DNA of 64,000 nucleotides from Alphaproteobacteria bacterium (GTDB lineage Bacteria; Pseudomonadota; Alphaproteobacteria; SP197): NCBI GenBank assembly GCA_965228895.1, contig OZ245842.1, positions 896,001 to 960,000 of the forward strand, read 5' to 3'. Shown piece by piece: positions 58,930 to 64,000 of this stretch (position 1 is its first letter; each line of letters starts with the position of its first letter). The notes under the pieces were generated by a model. It saw only the letters and a program-made list of their open reading frames with translations, ran no database searches and was not told where the DNA came from. The position numbers and the translations under genes were made by a program.

Positions 58930-59727
58930 TTACTCCGCCAGGACGGCTTCGGGATGACAGCTTTCCAGGCGGCCTAGTGCCTGCTGCAGCACTTCCGCCA
59001 AAAGCGCGGCCCATTGTTGTTGGCCCCGGCTGTCGGTGATCAGGTCCTGGCGGATCTCGAACTCGATGTGGGGTATGCCCCGCTCCTCGCCGTGCACGGG
59101 AATGCCGTAGTCAGAATCGTCGGAAATCGCATAGGGCTCGTTGTCACCGACAACCACGTCATGTTCGACAAGTACGTCATGCAGGATGGCCGCCAGCCGG
59201 TCGTCGCGGTTATAGAGTAGGCCGATGTGCCACGGCCTCTCTTTGCCATGGAAGACCGGCGTGAAACTGTGCATGGCGATCAGCACGTTGGGGCGACCCT
59301 TTCTCTGACGGTGATCCATCAGGTCGACGATCCTGTCATGGTAGGGCGCGTGGATTTCCCTTTCACGTGCGCTGACGTGATCGTCATGCAGGTCCATGTT
59401 GCCGGGGATCTCGGTCGACTCGCTGAGCTCGGCGACGAAACTCGGCATGTTTCGTTTGCGGTTACAGTCGACCACCAGGCGCGAATACACCTGTTCGACG
59501 AGGGGTGCGTCGAGCCGGGCCGAGAGATGCACGGACGTCTCGAGCGCGCCGATATCCCAGGCGATATGGCGCTCGAGCTCGTGGGCCGGCAGGCCGAGAT
59601 CGCCGAGCTTGCGGGGAATGCGTTTGCCCGCGTGGTCGCATGTCAGGAAGAACGGCGAGGAACCGTCCTCGCGGTGGACGCGGACCGGATGTGGTTCGTC
59701 GTGATCAAGAATGACGATCTTGGACAT
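58930..59727 (-). CDS. N-formylglutamate amidohydrolase family protein
   Basis: CDHAG, HIAWDIGA, SRLVVDCNR, HSFTP, NEPY, EIRQDLI. Confidence 0.92.
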   Translation of the reverse strand: MSKIVILDHDEPHPVRVHREDGSSPFFLTCDHAGKRIPRKLGDLGLPAHELERHIAWDIGALETSVHLSARLDAPLVEQVYSRLVVDCNRKRNMPSFVAELSESTEIPGNMDLHDDHVSAREREIHAPYHDRIVDLMDHRQRKGRPNVLIAMHSFTPVFHGKERPWHIGLLYNRDDRLAAILHDVLVEHDVVVGDNEPYAISDDSDYGIPVHGEERGIPHIEFEIRQDLITDSRGQQQWAALLAEVLQQALGRLESCHPEAVLAE

Positions 59728-59729
59728 GG

Positions 59730-61103
59730 TCAGGCAAACTCAAAGAAACGTTGCAGTTCGGCATCGGTAACGAGACCGCGAAAGCTCGCCTCGTGGGAGG
59801 CGCGCGACTGTGCGTAGAAGTCGACGAAGGCGTCGCCGAACAAGGCGCGGGCCGCTTCCGATGAGCCGAAGCGATCGATGGCTTCGGTGAACGTGGCCGG
59901 GAACCTTAGGTGTTCCGGGACATCCTGGGCATAGATGTTGCCGACGCTGGGCTCGCTCGGTTCGAGCGCGTGTTCGATGCCCCACAGGCCGGCGCCCAGC
60001 AGGCAGGCCATCGAGAGATAGGGGTTGGCATCGGCGCCCGGCGTGCGGCATTCGATTCGTTGCGATAACGGCGCGCCGGGAATGACGCGCATGGCGCAGG
60101 TGCGGTTCTCGAAACCCCAGGTCGCGGCTATCGGCGAAAAGATGCCGGGCTGGTATCGTTTGAACGAATTGATGTTGGGCCCCAGCATCAACAGCAGTTC
60201 GGGCATCAGGGCCTGCATGCCGGCGACGAAGTGGCGCATGGTCTGGCTCATGCCCCGTTCCGCATCGGGGTCGTGAAACACCGGCTCGCCGTCGCTGCCG
60301 CGCAGCGAGATATGAATGTGGCCGCTTTGGCCGTCCGCATCGTTGGTCCAACGCGCCATAAAGGTTATGAGCTGGCCTTGCCGCTGCGCATAGGCCTTGG
60401 CGAACGTCTTGAAGATCACCGCGTTGTCGGCGGCCTGGATGCCTTCCTGATAACGCAGGGCGGCTTCCATGAAACCCGGGCCCATTTCCTCGTGGACCGA
60501 TTCGACGGGCAGGCGCATGGCGCGACACATGTCCATCAGGCCGTTGTGGAACTCCGCCCGAACCTCCTGGCGCAACAACAGCTCATAGGCTTTGTGCGGT
60601 GAGCTGATCTCCAGGTTCTTGTAGCCCTTGTCGAAAGCGGATTTGGCGGTTTCGTCGAACAGGGTGAACTCAAGCTCGCAGGCGTGGAACGGCCGGAACC
60701 CCATGGTCGCGGCCTTATCGGCGACGCGGGCATAGACGGAACGCGGGCAGAAATCGGCGGTTTGGTCGGCGTAGGCGCCCAGAAAGAACAGGCTGCGATG
60801 CGGCGGCTCCCAGGGAATCTCGCGGCAGGTTTCGGGGATGAGCCTCACAATGTTGTCGTCAAAGCCGCTGCCGTCATCCGACAGACCGGTGACATCAAGG
60901 ATCACGTCGGTCGGATCGAGCGCGAAGGTGACGCCTGGTACCCCCATGCCGTTTTCGAACACGCCAAGCGCCTTGTCGCGCGAGATATATTTGCCGCGCA
61001 GAAAACCCTGCAGATCGGGCATGCCGACAACGATGTGATCGGTGTCGCGCTCCTCGATGAGTAGTCTGGCGTCGTCGACGCTTCGTATGTCGGCGGGCGT
61101 CAT
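59730..61103 (-). CDS. Glutamine-synthetase-like gamma-glutamyl-amine ligase (PuuA-like)
   Basis: LRGK, ELEF, E.GPG..E, GQSGHIH, WGFENR, RIECR.PGADANPY. Confidence 0.9.
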   Translation of the reverse strand: MTPADIRSVDDARLLIEERDTDHIVVGMPDLQGFLRGKYISRDKALGVFENGMGVPGVTFALDPTDVILDVTGLSDDGSGFDDNIVRLIPETCREIPWEPPHRSLFFLGAYADQTADFCPRSVYARVADKAATMGFRPFHACELEFTLFDETAKSAFDKGYKNLEISSPHKAYELLLRQEVRAEFHNGLMDMCRAMRLPVESVHEEMGPGFMEAALRYQEGIQAADNAVIFKTFAKAYAQRQGQLITFMARWTNDADGQSGHIHISLRGSDGEPVFHDPDAERGMSQTMRHFVAGMQALMPELLLMLGPNINSFKRYQPGIFSPIAATWGFENRTCAMRVIPGAPLSQRIECRTPGADANPYLSMACLLGAGLWGIEHALEPSEPSVGNIYAQDVPEHLRFPATFTEAIDRFGSSEAARALFGDAFVDFYAQSRASHEASFRGLVTDAELQRFFEFA

Positions 61104-61759
61104 TCAGTTTTCCTATTCTTTGAACGCGTCTTTTCCTGATGCTTCCCGCTGTCGGACGCCAGTTCAAGGAAACCGGGCCGTTTGCGGTCGGCGATGGTGT
61201 TGGACATCAAGATCATGGCCTGATCGCCACCATAAGACAGGTAGGCGTGGTCTAGCGAGCTGTCGAACTGCACACTGTCGCCGGGCTTGAGTATCGTTGG
61301 CTTGCGGCCCTCGATGTAGAACTTCACGCGGCCTTCGAGCACATAAAAGAACTCTTCGCCGGGATGGGAGTGGTAGGGACCAAAGTCGGCCAGCGTGCGG
61401 GCGCGCAACCGTACCTTCCAGAAGATGTTGCGCTGTGACGGCAGGTCGTCGTGCAGCACCTTGAAGTCGAGGGTGTCGACGATGTGCGAGTAGGGACCGC
61501 CGGCACGTGTAACTGACGTCGCGCCGGACTCTGCGCCGACATCGTTGATCAGGATCGACACCGGCATCTCGAAGGCGGCCGACAACCGGATCATATTGTC
61601 CAGATGCAGCCCGGTCTGGCCGTTCTCGAGCTTCGACAAGGTCGAAACGGAGATACCGCTGAGTGCTGAGATCTGCGCCAGCGTCATGCCGTGTTCGGCG
61701 CGCAACTGGCGTACCCGTTCGCCCAACGGCCGTGATTTCTTTCGTGCCTTCGACGTCAC
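61100..61759 (-). CDS. XRE-cupin transcriptional regulator (PuuR-like)
   Basis: N-terminal HTH (SGISVSTLSKLENG); cupin HPGEEFFYVLEG...GDSVQFDS..H. Confidence 0.92.
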   Translation of the reverse strand: MTSKARKKSRPLGERVRQLRAEHGMTLAQISALSGISVSTLSKLENGQTGLHLDNMIRLSAAFEMPVSILINDVGAESGATSVTRAGGPYSHIVDTLDFKVLHDDLPSQRNIFWKVRLRARTLADFGPYHSHPGEEFFYVLEGRVKFYIEGRKPTILKPGDSVQFDSSLDHAYLSYGGDQAMILMSNTIADRKRPGFLELASDSGKHQEKTRSKNRKTE

Positions 61760-61956
61760 CTAACGATTGCCCCGCCGGCCAGAATTGATTCGCCGGAAAA
61801 ATTTTCGAAATCGAAACATGATAATTGTGTTGGCAACCGAATCGAGTCAATAATCGATTCGGGGAGCGCGCCGGCACCGGAGGGCATCGTGGTGCGGCGC
61901 CTCGAGCGAAGAGAGCACTGTTGTTCCATCAGGCAACACTGACCCGGGGGAGAGAC

Positions 61957-63162
61957 ATGTCGAAGCCCAAAGACAACCATCCGACCAAGTCCGTTTACAA
62001 GCCCAAATCCAAAGCACTGTCGCGCCGTTCGGTTCTGAAGACTGGCGCGGCGGCCGCCGCGACCGCAGCGGTTGCCGCACCGCATGTGCGCAAGGCCGAG
62101 GCTGCGGATATGACCATCCGCATGCTGATCTGGCAGGACTACAACATCACCGACACGGTGAACGAGTTCGAAGAAAAGTACGATGTTTCCGTCTCGCCGT
62201 CCTTCTTTGACGGCAACTCCGAGGCCTTCAACAAGATGAAGGCGGGCGGCACGGAGGATTTCGATCTGGTCATGGCCGACGGGTTCTGGCCGCGCCTCTA
62301 CTACCGTGATGATCTGATCCAGCCGATGGACGATGCGCTGCTGCCGAACCTGGCCAACCTGTTCCCGGATTTCGCGCCGGGCGCCTATGACCTCCTGCAC
62401 GACAAACCCGGCGGGACGCGCATTGGCGTCAACAACTGCTGGGGCAGCTACGGCATCACGATGAACCTGGATCATATCGAGCCAGCGGATCGTGAGAGCC
62501 TCAACATCATGTTCGACGAGAAGTATGCCGGCCATCTGGCGACCGGCGCGCGCTTCGAGGAGAACATCGCCATGGCGGGCATCCTTGCCGCGACCCAGTT
62601 GGGCACGAAAGAGGATGAGCGTCCGGACGGCCAGCCGTTCAATCCCTATAAGCTGACCGACGCGGAACTGGAGCGCGCCAAGGAACTTCTGATCAAGCAG
62701 AAGGGCCTGCTCGTCACCCGCTATCAGGACTATGACTCCCTGCAGAAGCTGATGCGGCCCGGTCTGGTTTGGGCCTCGCCGGAGTTCTCGGAGATCTACC
62801 GTCGCCTGACCCGCGCCTATGAGGCCGGCGAGATCGATTTCCAGGTCGCCCACATGCTGCAGCCGGTCGAAGGCGGCTTGGGCTGGATCGACAGCTGGCA
62901 GATCAGCTCCGGCACCACCGACCCGGCCAAGGTCGAGATGTGCCATCACTGGGTCAACCACTACATCAGCAACGAGAGCATGCACCGGGTCGCGCTGAAG
63001 GGTGTGGCGCCATGCTTCGACGTGCGCGCCATGCTGCCGCCCGAAGAGGTCGACCTGCTGCTGATGGACCGCACAGTCGAGCTGCGCGGTCTGCACATGT
63101 TCGATCAGCCGTCGTCGCCCGAGAAGTGGGAGCGCGTCTGGTCTGAAGTCGAAGCGGCCTAG
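61957..63162 (+). CDS. Polyamine-type ABC transporter substrate-binding protein, Tat-exported (PotD/PotF-like)
   Basis: SRRSVLK twin-arginine signal; WQDY, FEEKY, NSE...K, P.EGG..W.D. Confidence 0.88.
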   Translation: MSKPKDNHPTKSVYKPKSKALSRRSVLKTGAAAAATAAVAAPHVRKAEAADMTIRMLIWQDYNITDTVNEFEEKYDVSVSPSFFDGNSEAFNKMKAGGTEDFDLVMADGFWPRLYYRDDLIQPMDDALLPNLANLFPDFAPGAYDLLHDKPGGTRIGVNNCWGSYGITMNLDHIEPADRESLNIMFDEKYAGHLATGARFEENIAMAGILAATQLGTKEDERPDGQPFNPYKLTDAELERAKELLIKQKGLLVTRYQDYDSLQKLMRPGLVWASPEFSEIYRRLTRAYEAGEIDFQVAHMLQPVEGGLGWIDSWQISSGTTDPAKVEMCHHWVNHYISNESMHRVALKGVAPCFDVRAMLPPEEVDLLLMDRTVELRGLHMFDQPSSPEKWERVWSEVEAA

Positions 63163-63175
63163 AGCCTGTTGATCG

Positions 63176-63203
63176 GGGCCCGGCCGGATTTCCGGCCGGG
63201 TCC
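63176..63203 (+). terminator. Intergenic GC-rich stem-loop between the SBP and ATPase genes
   Basis: GGGCCCGGCCGGA-TT-TCCGGCCGGGTCC; probable mRNA-stabilising or attenuating hairpin. Confidence 0.55.
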
Positions 63204-63238
63204 TTGTCTTCTCACCGAGTGTAGGCGACCGTACGCCC

Positions 63239-64000
63239 ATGTCCGAATTCGTTCTTGAACTCAGGAACGTCACCAAACGTTTTGGCAGTGTCACCGCTGC
63301 CGACTCGATCTCTCTGGGAATCGAGCAGGGCGAGTTCTTTGCGCTGCTCGGACCCAGCGGTTCGGGCAAGACCACCTTGTTGCGCATTATCGCCGGTTTG
63401 GAGATGCCGGATGAGGGCGCCGTCTTCATCAACGGCCAGGACGTCACGGGGTTGCCGCCTTATTCGCGCGGCGTCGGCATGGTGTTTCAAAACTTCCTGC
63501 TGTTCCCGCACAAGAAGGTCGGGGAAAACGTGGTCTTCCCTCTGCGTATGCAGGGCCGCAGCAAGGCCGAGCAGGACGAACGGTTGGCCTGGGCGCTGGA
63601 CCTCCTGCGCCTTGACGGCTTGGCCGATCGTTATCCCCATCAGCTCTCCGGCGGTCAACAGCAGCGCGTCGCGTTGGCCCGCGGCCTGATCGCGCGGCCT
63701 GCCTTGTTGTTGCTGGACGAGCCGCTCGCGAACCTCGACCGCGAGCTTAGGAAGGAAATGGAGGTCGAGGTCCGACGCTATCAGGTCGAACTCGACATTC
63801 CCTTCATCTATGTCACGCACAATCAGGAAGAAGCGCTGACCATGAGCGACCGCATCGCGGTGATGAGCGAGGGCCGGTTTGAGCAGGTGGCGCCAAAGCT
63901 TGAGGTCTATACCCATCCGACGAGCCGTTTTGTCGCCGGTTTCGTCGGGCACTCCAACCGCATGGCCGGCACCCTGCGCTCAAGTGAGGGCGGTTTGGCG
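63239..64000 (+). CDS. ABC transporter ATP-binding protein, PotA-like (runs off the window)
   Basis: Manual read from ATG 63239: MSEFVLELRNVTKRFG...GPSGSGKTT...LSGGQQQRVALAR...LLLDEPL...YVTHNQEEA. Confidence 0.93.
   Translation, partial: MSEFVLELRNVTKRFGSVTAADSISLGIEQGEFFALLGPSGSGKTTLLRIIAGLEMPDEGAVFINGQDVTGLPPYSRGVGMVFQNFLLFPHKKVGENVVFPLRMQGRSKAEQDERLAWALDLLRLDGLADRYPHQLSGGQQQRVALARGLIARPALLLLDEPLANLDRELRKEMEVEVRRYQVELDIPFIYVTHNQEEALTMSDRIAVMSEGRFEQVAPKLEVYTHPTSRFVAGFVGHSNRMAGTLRSSEGGLA

Noticed and set aside
44997-63952. Long antisense ORFs (e.g. 44997-46277, 47152-48276, 48742-50427, 50946-52466, 52652-53836, 61756-63447, 63212-63952)
   Set aside because: These are shadow frames of well-supported genes on the opposite strand, expected in high-GC coding DNA, and carry no motifs.

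Overview
The window has two halves and probably comes from an alphaproteobacterium (inferred from protein signatures and gene content). Bases 1 to about 38,780 are a mosaic defence/genomic island. It carries a type I R-M locus (hsdRMS) behind a CARF-AAA+-HTH regulator with a degenerate ATPase, and an SF2-helicase/ArfA-like peptide/DEDDh exonuclease/TM0106 nuclease operon. It also has an Mrr-like nuclease, a C-protein with a clear C-box followed by two methylase-less PD-(D/E)xK nucleases, a McrBC-like pair, a cassette of exported proteins with a protease and nucleases, a helicase IV-nuclease and a ParB-methylase/DUF5681 remnant. A tRNA-3'-like att motif marks the likely right border. The most striking element is a tightly coupled two-gene unit at 33.3-35.1 kb: a Ser/Gly-rich putative beta-hairpin (pore-former-like) protein followed by a pentapeptide-repeat protein fused to domains IV-V of elongation factor G. 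This is a candidate 'integrated decoy' immune system. From about 38.9 kb the DNA is GC-rich and core-like: methylated-amine/polyamine catabolism and uptake (non-Pyl MttB, flavin oxidoreductase, TPP enzyme, Rieske oxygenase, GS-like ligase, Pot-type ABC transporter) plus two photolyases. All family assignments come from motif recognition by eye; no database search was run.
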